Source: the human T2T-CHM13v2.0 reference genome, Homo sapiens
Length of the DNA: 64,000 bases
Assembly (NCBI RefSeq): GCF_009914755.1
Contig: NC_060936.1
Reading direction: 5' to 3' (one strand)
This document shows, piece by piece, positions 1-47,494 of this stretch; within the stretch, counting starts at the first letter, position 1; every line of letters begins with the position of its first letter. The notes below the pieces were generated by a model, which was given only the letters and a program-made list of their open reading frames with translations, did no database searches and was not told the origin of the DNA. Position numbers and translations under genes: made by a program.

Positions 1-1187
<1,187 letters not shown>

Positions 1188-1330
1188 CCCCATGGAGCTG
1201 TCTTATTGATGCTAGAAGCCTCATAACTGTTCTACCTCCAAGGTTAGATTTAATCCTTAGGATAACTCTTTTAAAGTGATTTTCCCCAGTGTTTTATATG
1301 AAACATTTCCTTTTGATTTAACCTCAGTAT

Positions 1331-1336
1331 AATAAA
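1331..1336 (+). terminator. ESPL1: ESPL1 polyadenylation signal
   Basis: AATAAA ~145 nt after the stop, with a GT-rich stretch (ctgttttgcgtagttt) downstream. Confidence 0.8.
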
Positions 1337-1673
1337 GATACATCATTTAAACCCTGTTTTGCGTAGTTTATCTGAGAACATTTAAAGACACGGCATGACT
1401 GCCCCCTTCCTACTATGTGGTACTGTAAGCTGACAGGAACAGGTTACAGCAGATCAAGTTTGAGTGCTTGGGGAAGAAAGGCAAAGACACAGGACAAAGC
1501 CTGCTGGGCCTGGCTGGGCCTCAGCAGACAAATCTGGAGGAGAAAGGGGCATCAAAATGCTAAGTAGAGACAGGCCCAAGGAAGGGTAGTGATAGACCCT
1601 TTGAGAGTGTTTTGGCCAGGTACCATCCGTCCGTCCTGTCTTCCTGCCGCAGGTATCTTTGGAGTGGCACTAG

Positions 1674-2490
<817 letters not shown>

Positions 2491-3278
2491 AAAATATTTT
2501 ATTGATTAATTTGTGCTGTACTTGGTTGACAATGGCGCTTCCTTGCTGTTCTCCCACCACCTCACTGGCAACGGGTGATAAACCCTTTTTCAGATCCTAC
2601 TACGTGTCAGCCTACTTCCGGCTGGGGGAAGATGGTTATAGCGAGAGGGGAAGAATTGGTTCAGTGATGAGAACATGGTTGGTTCCTGCCTTCGACAAGC
2701 TTTCAATCTAATGCCTGTTTTTTTCCAAGGACAATTCAGAACGGTCTGACAAGGGATTTTTTTTTTTTCCTGCCTTTCGGCCTCAGAGGCCATCTGGGAA
2801 AAAGAGTTTAGAATTTCCCTGCCATTTCCATGCCGTGCTGGGAGGAACATTTGAAATCGGGCCTGGCGGGGTACCAGCAGGCAGCAATAGCAAGCGGGGT
2901 GGAGAGGAGCAGGGCCAGGCCCCCGAGCCGTCGCCATGGCAATCCAGCCTGCTTTCCAGTAGCTTATACCACCCACGTGGAGTAGCATACACTACTTTGT
3001 AATATCGTGGTTGTGTCGTGAGAACTTTAAGATTTTGCAGTTCCTTGTAGGCAGGAGTCCTGTTTGCTGCTACTTTACAATACTAGGCTTAAGACATTTT
3101 ATGAAATGAACTCACAGAACAGTCTCTGAGAGGCTCAAGCCCCTCCTTCCCTTCCGGGACGGAGGATCATAGAGCTGTCTGGCGCAGCGAGGCCTCCCGG
3201 CGCCACCGAGACGCGCAGAGGACGGCTAGAGCGTTGCTCGCCGAGAGACTTCCTCTTCGTTAAGTCGGCCTTCCCAAC

Positions 3279-7057
<3,779 letters not shown>

Positions 7058-7138
7058 GAGTTTTTGCAGAAATGGGGCAGAGGGACACCCTTTGGGCGTG
7101 GCTTCCTGGTGATGGGAAGGGTCTTGTGTTTTAATGCC

Positions 7139-7144
7139 AATAAA
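7139..7144 (+). terminator. PFDN5: PFDN5 polyadenylation signal
   Basis: AATAAA ~80 nt after the stop; U/GU-rich element follows (tgttggtcttttctt). Confidence 0.8.
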
Positions 7145-7448
7145 TGTGCCAGCTGGGCAGAATGTTGGTCTTTTCTTGGATTAAGCAAGGGACTGGTGAT
7201 GAGATGGGGGTGTGGTCGAGAGTGTGGGCCCCGTCTCAGAGCCTGATGCGCAGGGGTGATGCGATGCGCCTCTTGGAGGCTCCATCGCAGGGCCCTTTGA
7301 CCAGCTGGAAGAAATCCTAGGCTGGGAGTGTGCTGCTGCTCACTCTGCAGAGCTGGTTGCCAAGGGAACGGTTGGCAAGCGGAAGTGGGGCTGCGCTGGC
7401 GCTTCCTCTTCCGGGTCGGCGCTCCTGCCTCCCTGCAGGGAGCTGCTT

Positions 7449-14851
<7,403 letters not shown>

Positions 14852-14854
14852 TCT

Positions 14855-14860
14855 AATAAA
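14855..14860 (+). terminator. MYG1: MYG1 polyadenylation signal
   Basis: AATAAA 3 nt after the stop codon. Confidence 0.8.
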
Positions 14861-15183
14861 ACCTTCCATCTCATACTGACCCAGTCCTTGACTTATTCTT
14901 GCCCTACACCATTCCAGAAACTTGTGAAAAGTGAAACAACTATTTATGTGTAAGACCCTGTGCTAGATATATTTTCTTCACAGTAACTTCTCAGCCTTGC
15001 TTCCCAAATCATTTGAAACCACAGTTTCTAGGATTAAATAACGTGACCAAATTCACAAGTGGCTAAAAAGTGACAGAACAGGGCCTTAACCCAAAGTCCA
15101 TGCTTTTTTCCCCTACTGTACCCCACTGCAACTCCCTGGAAAAGACAGACTGGTAACTGAGTGGAAAACAAAAGGAAAACTTA

Positions 15184-29530
<14,347 letters not shown>

Positions 29531-29643
29531 CCTTCTCCCACTCACTATCTTAGCGCTTAGAAAGCCCGAAATAAGCCACATTCAGGGAAGTACCAAATTA
29601 ATCCTCCCAGGCCTGTGGATCACCCAGAGGAAAATACAGGCTA

Positions 29644-31220
<1,577 letters not shown>

Positions 31221-31616
31221 TCACTTTTCTCATTTGCAGTGTCCTAATTATTTCATATGGTTGTTTTCCATACAAAATAATAAAATGAAGCTATTTAATA
31301 AATTTTAAAGTGCTAAACAAATGTCAGAGGTTAATAGCTATAACTGTGCCATCAACTAGGTGACCTTGGTCAGAGTTCATTAACAAATGTTAAGTGATTT
31401 GAAGATGTAGAAGGCTGTCCCCACTCCCAAGAGCTACCAGTCTCATTGAATAATCTAGGGGGCATTTAGTTCTAGTATTCTGGATTCCGTGTCTGCCCTT
31501 CTTTTTCACCTGAAAAATTCCCCCCAAGAGAGTTATTACCAGGTCAGAAAACAAAGGGCTCCAGAGTCTCCTGAAAATGCACTTCACCTGAGAAGGCAAG
31601 TGGATCTCCTCTAATC

Positions 31617-31740
31617 TAGTACTTCTCAACTGTTAAGGGACATAGGAATCACCTGAGCATCTCCTAAGGTGGCGCTCAGAGGCTATAGTTCCAAAGAATC
31701 CCCAGCTGATACTGCACAGACCACATTTTAAGTAGCAAGG
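31617..31740. mobile_element. MER5-like hAT-Charlie MITE (degenerate)
   Basis: tagtacttctcaa...gaatcacctg...gaccacattttaagtagcaagg resembles MER5A/B from memory; flanked by ctctaatc / ctctaacc. Confidence 0.6.
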
Positions 31741-31748
31741 CTCTAACC

Positions 31749-32049
31749 TAGCGGTCCCCAACTTTTTGGCACCAGGTTTAGTGGAAGACAGTTTTTCCAG
31801 GGGGAGCGGGGGAGGGAATGGTTTGGGGATGAAACTGTTACACCTGAGATCATCAGGCATTAGTTGGATTCTCATAAAAAGCGGGCAACCTAGGTCCTTC
31901 ACGTGCGCAGTTCACAACAGAGTTCGCGCTACTATGAGAATCTAATGCCGCTGATCTGACAGGAGGCGGAGCTCAGCTTGCTCAGCTCGTCTCCGGCTGT
32001 GCGGTTCCTTTACAGGCCACCGACACGACGGGCCGTGGCGCGACCCCTG
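31749..32049 (-). mobile_element. MER1B-type hAT-Charlie DNA transposon
   Basis: Termini tagcggtccccaac...gacccctg; internal tatgagaatctaatgcc and ctgatctgacaggaggcggagctcag; 8-bp TSD ctctaacc at 31741-31748 and 32050-32057. Confidence 0.85.
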
Positions 32050-32499
32050 CTCTAACCTTTTCCCATAGCCCCATTTAATTTCCTATGTGAGTTCACCGTC
32101 ACCTGGGAAGTCACAGAAAGCTTGAAGAACATAAGGTATACACTGGGGATGGTTTGGGGAACCTGGCTGGGAAAGCCTCCCTGAGAAGGGGAAGTGGGCA
32201 GGTTTGAGGGAGAGGAAGTCGGTGACTGACAGATTAGTGGAGAGCACTGAGGACCCACGATAGTTTCCGTTTGTACCTTAGTCGTAACACCATCCAAACC
32301 CAGATACCCCTAGGAAAAATCACTCCGGCCTGCAACTTGCATCCTTCGATGAAACCTCGATTTTCACCATCAGGTTATAATGATCGGTTAGGTGCCTGCT
32401 TCTTACCCTGTAAGGTGAACTGGAGAGAAGGAACAGTGCTGTTCCGCCCGCTGCCCCCGCCCTGGCCTGGCACAAGTACTGTCCCCTCCTCCATACTGC

Positions 32500-33750
32500 T
32501 TATTTAACGTTTGTGGAACGCTTTTCACCATTTGCGGGTTCTAGAAAGGCCCAAGTCCAGGCCCGGCGCGCTCACCCAGTAACTTCACCAGGGGGCGCGG
32601 CTGGCCAGGCAACGCAGCGACCGTGACCCACGCCCTATGGGCTCCGAGCGCTTAGCGGGCGGTCTCCGCCGGCCCCTCCCTACGACCTGGGCGGGAACCG
32701 AGAGAGCGCGCAGGCCGCTTCTAAAAGGGGCCCCCTACTTTGGGAGTCGTCACCGGAGCCTGGGTGCCCGGAGCTCCGCCCGCTACCCCTTCCCGGGCCC
32801 GCTGGAGCCCGGCGTCCCGACCCGGGGCCGGTAACCAGGCGCACATGGCCCGCCCGGCCCTGTTTGTCCTGGCAGCGCGCCGCCGCTATTTGAAGCGGTT
32901 TTTATCTCCCAGAAACCAGCAAAACCCCAAGCGGAGTCTAGGGAAGATGAAAGGGGCCGAAGGGTTGGGGAGGGGAGGACCGCGAGGCTGCGGCGGGCGG
33001 GAGCTGGCACCGGACAGGCGGAGACCGGGAGGCGAGAGGGCCAGACTCTGGGGGGTCCGGAGGAGCCCGCCCGGCGGGGTTGAGGCGGGATCCCGGGGTT
33101 CCACTCCAGGCCGCCGCCTCGCTCAGACCAGCTCCAAGGCGCCCCCCGCCTTTCCTCTGCCCCAGCCCCCTCTCCCGGGTCTCTTCCGTCACAGCCCCCA
33201 GCCCACTAAAGAAGTCTTCGGAACTCGGATTTCTTCAAAGCGCCTTTGAAGTCGCGCGCCCAGCCGGAGGGCAGGAGATTTCGCACCTGGGCGGGGGCGG
33301 GAGTGGCGTCAGGGTGGGGAGGGGGCTCGTAACCCGAGCCCCCCCAGGATCGCCGGCCCCCTCCCACCCGTAGCAGCCCCTCTTGCGACCCGTGCGGTGG
33401 ACAGTCCGACGCGGGGCGCAGCTGGGAGTCGGGCCCAGGCCGGGGGGAGCGGCCTGTGAGCCCCCTCAGCCCAGCGGGGTAACCTTGGGGGGCGGGGGCC
33501 GCACAAAGCCCTATTGTGGCTCGGGGATGCTGCCACAGAGTGGTTTTTGTTCTTCGGCTAACTCCGTGGCGGGCACGACTGATTGCAGACCCAGGGCAGG
33601 GGGCGGGTTACGTGCCAGGCCCAGTCTGCCCGCCGGGAGCCGCACCACCGCCCGACTGGGGCCGCGCAGGAGTCCGCACTGCAACCGCGGTGCCCGCGCT
33701 CGGGTCGCGTCACTGCCCTGACCAGGGTCAGTTGGTGCAGTCCAGAAAGG
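32500..33750. promoter_or_regulatory. CpG island between the AAAS promoter and the SP7 3' end
   Basis: ~1.2 kb of very high GC/CpG with GC boxes; no convincing CDS. Confidence 0.8.
32583..32600 (+). promoter_or_regulatory. CTCF-like motif
   Basis: CTTCACCAGGGGGCGCG compared with consensus CCACCAGGGGGCGC. Confidence 0.55.
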
Positions 33751-33842
33751 GCCAGGGTAGAAACCAGTGAGTCTTCCCAACTCTGCAGAAAGCACTGCAC
33801 GCCCAAAAACTGAACACCGCTGGAGGATTTGACCGAGAAACA

Positions 33843-34146
33843 ATTTTGTTTTGTGTTTTGTTTTGAGACGGAGTCTCGCTCTGCAGCCCACGCTGGAGTG
33901 CAGTGGCGCGATCTCAGCTCACTGCAACCTCCACCTCCCAGGTTCCACGATTCTTCTGCCTCAGCCTCCCAAGCAGCTGGGATTACAGGCACCTGCCATC
34001 ACGCCCGGCTGATTTTTGTATTTTTTAGTACAGACAGGGTTTCATCATGTTAGCGAGGATGGTCTCGAACTCCTGACCTCAGGTGATCCGCCCTTCTGGG
34101 CTTCCCGAAGTGCTGGGATTACATGTGTGAGCCACCACGCCCGGCC
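33843..34146 (-). mobile_element. AluS
   Basis: Reverse-complement Alu. Confidence 0.9.
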
Positions 34147-34303
34147 GATAAACTATTTTACCGCGAGCATAGGTGAGCAAACGTGCACAATAGAATATTC
34201 GCCCATGAGTAGTCCCCAATTTGCTAAGGAAAAAAAACCATTGGCCCTCGCTTCACCCTTCCTCTTCTCCTTTTCTCACCAGGACAAAATTTCAAATCCA
34301 ACT

Positions 34304-34313
34304 TTTATTTATT
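34304..34313 (-). terminator. SP7: SP7 polyadenylation signals (two overlapping AATAAA)
   Basis: Plus strand tttatttatt; implies a 3'UTR of ~1.55 kb. Confidence 0.75.
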
Positions 34314-35367
34314 AAATTAAAAAAAAAAGACTCCACAAAGGGCATGATCCCTTCCATTCCACAATGTTCTCTCCCCAAGCTCCAGCGGCTTTAACCCTTT
34401 AACTTGGGGCCTTGAGACAGCAGGGGACAGAAAAGGAGGATCCAACGTTACAGGAAAGGCACGAAGCGGCTTTAAAAGTCACTGGAGGTGGAGATGGGAG
34501 CATCCAAAGTCCCAGGGTGGGGGTGCGTGGATGCACCACCAGATCAGCTTGGGGGCCTCTGTCCTCCTAGCTCTTTAAGTTCTTTCTCAGGGCTTCTAGG
34601 CACCAGATCTAGCATAGTGCCTTGCACAGAGTAGGCACTCAATACATACTTGATTTATTTGAATCTGATCCTAGAGAAAGCCTTCCCCACCCATTCTTCA
34701 GGAGGTGCACCCCCAAACCAATGTCCTCCTGTTAGATGGGCTTCCCCAAAGAGCACATCTAAGATGGCAGCTGCAAGCTCTCCATAACCATGGCAACAGG
34801 GGATTAACCTGATGGGGTCATGGTGTCTAAGGGGTGGGGCAGTGGAGGAACCTGCTCTGCAGTCAAGGGAGATGGGGTACATTCCAGTCCTTCTCCCCTC
34901 CATAGGACTTGAGGTTTCACAGCTTCTGGCTGGGGCTGGGGATATTAGGGATCCCCCTAATCAAGAGATACCCCATCAACTGTTTAGCAGAGATGTAGCT
35001 AACCCAATTTGTAGAGACTTCATTACAAGAGAAACCCTATCAACTGAGATTCTGATGATAGACATTCTATTAACAAGATCTTCTCCACTAACATTTTGTC
35101 TATACAGAGATGCATTTGACTAGAATTTCCTTAGCAGAAATGGATCCACTTCCCTCCCCAGCTCACTCTACCTGACCCGTCATCATAACTTACATAAATA
35201 GAATTATTACTATTCATTACTCCTGGTACATAGGGGTTAAATATACAGGCCTGGGGGCAGCCTCCCTGACCCTGGGGTCACCCCATCTTTGGGATCAGAT
35301 CCCCACTGGTCTGCCCCCCTCTTGGCACCCTCTGGCCAGGTCACTAACCCCAATACCCCTGATGAAG

Positions 35368-35386
35368 AGGCCACCAGGGGGCAATA
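35368..35386 (+). promoter_or_regulatory. CTCF-like motif inside the SP7 3'UTR
   Basis: AGGCCACCAGGGGGCAATA, near-consensus. Confidence 0.6.
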
Positions 35387-35865
35387 AATTATCATTATCA
35401 TTGTGTTTGTAAAAAGGAAAAAAGAGTTCTGGAGAATGGAAAGCAATGGTGTAAGAAGTTGGGAAGACTGAAGCCTGGAGGCTGAGGGACAGCAGGAAAT
35501 AAGCTTGAGAAGCAGAAAGGGGTACATGTCAAGGAGTGAGATGGAGAAATAGTGTTGGGAGCCCAAATAGAAAGTGTGTTGGTGTGGCAGGGCCAGAGTC
35601 TAGGAAGCCGGAGTGCAGGTATCAGGCACAAGGGGAGGGCCTGAGATGAGAGTTTGTGGAAAGCCAGTCTCATGGTGAAGAGAGAAGGTGAGCTGAGGAG
35701 GCATGCAAGGAGATACCCAAGCCCAGAATGGCCAGGAGGGAGACAGAGGGAGAGAGCCCCGAAGGATGGCATGCATGGGGTAAAGAGAGTGATTGGCAAG
35801 CAGTGGTCTAGAGAGCCAAGAGAGACTGTCAGGGCAGCCCTGGGGTGGGAGACCTTCCACCCGGC

Positions 35866-43385
<7,520 letters not shown>

Positions 43386-43439
43386 CCTGAGGCTGGGGAA
43401 CGGGTCCCAAGGAGCCAGGCAGATGGAGAGAGCTGAGCC

Positions 43440-43620
43440 GGGGGGTGGGGGGGGTAGAGAGAGAAAAGGGAGAGGGAGGGAGAATGGGAGAATGGGAGAG
43501 AAGAGATCTAAAGTTAGAAGGGACCGGGGTGGGGGGCTGCTCTCTGTCTGTAGGGATCCACCCTCTAATTACAGCTTTCCCAGCGGAGAAGGCTCCAGAT
43601 CCAATGAGGAGGGCGAGAGA
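43440..43620 (-). promoter_or_regulatory. SP7: SP7 proximal promoter
   Basis: Homeobox core TAATTA at ~43566, CCAAT at ~43601, G-rich Sp/KLF tracts. BMP/DLX control of Osterix through a proximal homeobox site is established. Confidence 0.6.
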
Positions 43621-43884
43621 GGGAGGCAGAGGGTCCAAATTTCCTGCTCCATTTGCTGAGCTCCCCAAAGAAGGGATCAGGGAGGGAGAGGAGAAAAAGG
43701 GGCGCCCATGGAAGGGGTGGGAAGCAGGAAGAGGGGAGAGCAGCATGGGCAAGTTGTCAGGGCTTCCTCGGGGGGCTGCTGAGGGGAGAGGTTAAAGGGA
43801 TGGTGGACCCCGGTGTCCTACACGCGGCAGCAGTCCCATAGGCATCTGTGGGCACCCCTCCCAGAGCTCCCCAGTGTCATGTAC

Positions 43885-44130
43885 CTGGGGGAACCTGGGG
43901 CTGGCTGTCCCGAGTCTCTCCTCTCTGGAGGTCTGGCAGGGAGAGTGCAGGCAACGGGTGGCCTGAGGGTGCTGGGAGGGATCCGCTCTCTCCCAGGCCA
44001 GCTCCACTCCTGTTCCACTCAGGCTCCGGTCCTACAGTCCTACTCTGACTCCAGAGTCCTTGCTGCTGCTCGGCGGCTGCTGCTTCTGCTACTGCTGCTG
44101 CCTAGGCTGCTGCCGCCCGCCGCTGCTGAG
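43885..44130 (-). other. SP7: Probable SP7 upstream non-coding exon with an interrupted CAG-rich tract
   Basis: Donor CAG|GTACAT at 43884; no ATG in the exon; CTAATTAG at 44169-44176 just upstream; 5' end approximate. Confidence 0.6.
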
Positions 44131-45707
44131 GGAAGGAACAGGAGGGAAAAGGAACAAACCCCAAACCACTAATTAGAGATCCAGGGGGGGGATGGGGGGT
44201 TGGGGACGACACTCACACAGAGAGACTGGAACGCACTGACATACACACTCATGGCCAAACACAGGGGTGATGCATGCACACGTACACACAGTACCACTCA
44301 CATGGGTACAGCCACTATCATGAATGAACACAGACGGACACACACAAATGCACACAGTGACGCACTGGAGGCACACGCACCACACCCGCCCCAGCTGACC
44401 ATGGAGAGGTTTGCTTCCCCAGTCACCCACCTGCCTCTAGATCAGGAGAGCAGTGTGTATGTGCCCCTGTGTGTGTGTACGTGCCCGTGTGTGTGTGTGT
44501 GTGTGTATGTTGTGGGAAGAGGCATGGAAGGTTCTGAGGTGGAGGTTTCTGCTGCCTAAACTTTTAGTGTCACTGAGGTTGGTTCCAGAGCAAGGCCTGG
44601 AGGAAGGGTTGAAGAGTTGGGGAAGGCTTGGTATTGGCTTGGGGGTCCCTCAGTCTTCCTCCCAGTGCCTCAGTTTCACTGTTTGGAGGTGATACCTAGG
44701 CCTACCTCACTTTGTGGGGCAGAACCTGGATCTTCTGATGAAGAGAAAATTTAAGACAAGCAGGAGTGAGGGTGGCGGTAGAAGGTCATTGGGTCAACTC
44801 ATTCATGCCGACACCTAACCTCTTTGGATTATTTCCCCCAAAAAGAAATGCCCTAACCTCCATATTCCTTGTCAGTTACCATCCCTGGGTAACCAAGTTA
44901 CCATCTCTTAGAGACCATGGGTTTAATCTCCATCCTTTGGTGGACAGTTCTCCAGAGTGATCTGACTTTCCTGGGAACTCCTGGTTCCCTTTCTCATTGC
45001 CATGCATCAATTCCCTCTTCCACAGAAAGAACTGAAGTTAGAACTTAATAAGGACTTCCCAACAAAATAGGAAGTAAGAGAAGGAAGGGCAGCCAGGTTA
45101 GGAGGGAAACCCAAAAAGTCTATTACCTGAAACCTGGGCCATGGGCCCTGAGGTATTTATGGGAGAGAGGACTGGGCAGCTAAGTGGTGACACCGGCAGC
45201 TCTCCCACAGGGGGGCTTAGCCCGCTGGGGTTGTTTTACAGGTTATTCCTTAACACACACTTCTCCCCCTCCCAGCTCTCCCTGTCAGGGAAATAAAGCC
45301 CCATCCTTTCCACTCTCCTCACTCTGCAACACCATCCCCTCACTTTCTCGGAGTGCCCAATTCCTTGCTCCTTTTGCTCTCCCAGATCTCCAAAGAAAAA
45401 GCTGGGAGGTGGCAGGAGCAGATGGAGGTCCACGGAGGGTTGCACAGCAGTTTCGCCAGCAGGTAGGCACCAATTTCAGGGTAGGGCCCAGGAGTTCTGG
45501 ATTCTAGCCCCATGATTTGATTTACCCCAAGGAACTCTGGGAACCCAAGGTTTAGGGGAAGGGTTTGGGAACCAGGTGGCTGATAGACAAAGAGAAAGCA
45601 GCAAAAGAAGAAACAGAGCAAATGAAAGAGTCCAAGACAATCAGAAGAGATATCACCAGGTATAAGAGAGAGGAAACAGGAAAACAGAAGACCAGATGTG
45701 TGGCTTT

Positions 45708-45731
45708 AAACAACAACAACAACAACAACAA
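45708..45731. repeat. (AAC)n
   Basis: Read directly, ~7 units. Confidence 0.9.
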
Positions 45732-45846
45732 AAAACAGAGCAGGAAAGAAACTAAAAAGATAAAGAAACAGGCCCAGAGGAACAAAGATGGGGAGACAAT
45801 GGCTTGGGAAGGACAGAGAAAATAGCCTGAGGCATAGCCAGGTCCA

Positions 45847-45877
45847 GAGGAGGAGGAGGAGGAGGAGGAGGAGGAGG
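45847..45877. repeat. (GGA)n
   Basis: Read directly, ~10 units. Confidence 0.9.
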
Positions 45878-47182
45878 GTTGTGTTGCCAGGCAGGTGGGG
45901 GGGCGGGGAAGGAGTATAAATAGCACATAATTGTGTCCACTGATTACACGGGCCACCCCACCCGTCTGCCTGAGAGGAAGTGCCCGTGGTGGGGTGTCCC
46001 TGTGACCTCGCGGTCTCCCCCTTGTTGGGGGGGAGTCTGAGACTGAGGTGCCAGATGGCTTTCCGGGGCCCCGAACTCAGAAGTTGAGAAAGAGAAGCTT
46101 TAGAGAAATTCCTGTATCACCAGCAGAAAAGCCCGACCCAGTTAGATCAGGCAGGAAACTGAGGCAGAGGAGGAGAAAGTCTAGATTCTAAAGAAGAGAT
46201 AGCAGGTGAGGAGGGGGTTGGGACTCAGATTAGATGAGAGAAGAAAGGAAGAAACTGAAGGGGAAAAGGAGGAAGGATGGAAAGATAAATGGACAGACAG
46301 GGCTGGGGAGAGGAGTTGGAAGGAAGGGTCACCTTCTCACTCCCCGTGTGGGCTTTAATCCCTAACCCTACCCGGGAAGGGGCAGACGTATTCAAACCCT
46401 ACTATTCTCTATTCGAACCCTACTATTCTCGGAGAAATAAAAAGGAGGAGCAGAGTCCCAGGAAGATGTGAGCCAGTGCCCCGATGTGTCAACATAGGAC
46501 ACCCTCTGGACACAGAGCCTCTTCCCCACCAGAGATCAGCGCCAAAGATAGGCAGAGGGGCTGCCTGAATCCCCCAGCTGCTGCCCTCAGGAACCCCTGG
46601 GTTCTGACTTCTCCATGTCCTTTTTAAAAATAGTCCTGCAGCCCAGCTGAGGCTCTGGTGTTCCTGGGTCCAGCTCCCCAGTCTCCTTCCCAGTGCCCTG
46701 AGGGGCTGGGGGCAGCAATTGGAAGCCCTAACCAAGGACCTACCTCCACCCTCTCAGGCCTCCCTCAGCCCAGCCTCCCAGGGGGTGGGGCAGACCAGGG
46801 AGAGGCGCCATGTGGCAGGGGCGGGTAGAGGCTGCGGCTCTGGTCCTTCCAGTATAAACCCCCTAGGCATCTGGTTTCTATCCACCACCCCCCACCACCC
46901 TGGGGGCCCCTCAGCCTCCGCCCATGGCCACCCAGACGCTGAGCTCCAAGGGATGGATGCCCCAGACGGAAGGGGTGGGATGATGCCTTTCTGATATCCC
47001 AATGCCAGGACTGGGCTGAACCACAGGAACCATTCCCTTCCCACCCTCCCCTAGGAGAATCAGGGTGGGCTTTGTAGGTTAGAGGGGGTTGAATCTGGCA
47101 CCTGCCTCAGTTCTCCAAATGATTTTGGATCTTTTTGGAAAGATCAGTGGGGTGAAAACAGAATGAAAACTGGGGAGAGTGG

Positions 47183-47494
<312 letters not shown>

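Noticed and set aside
7325-7335. Possible MYG1 -119 promoter polymorphism
   Set aside because: I cannot establish the numbering origin from the sequence, so the allele cannot be called.
32637-33992. Overlapping Arg/Gly/Pro-rich ORFs in the orphan CpG island
   Set aside because: Low-complexity products in all frames, as expected from stop-codon scarcity.
43813-44172. 119-aa ORF with a poly-Leu, signal-peptide-like stretch
   Set aside because: The Leu run comes from the CTG-rich tract, lies near the C-terminus, and the start codon is not ATG.
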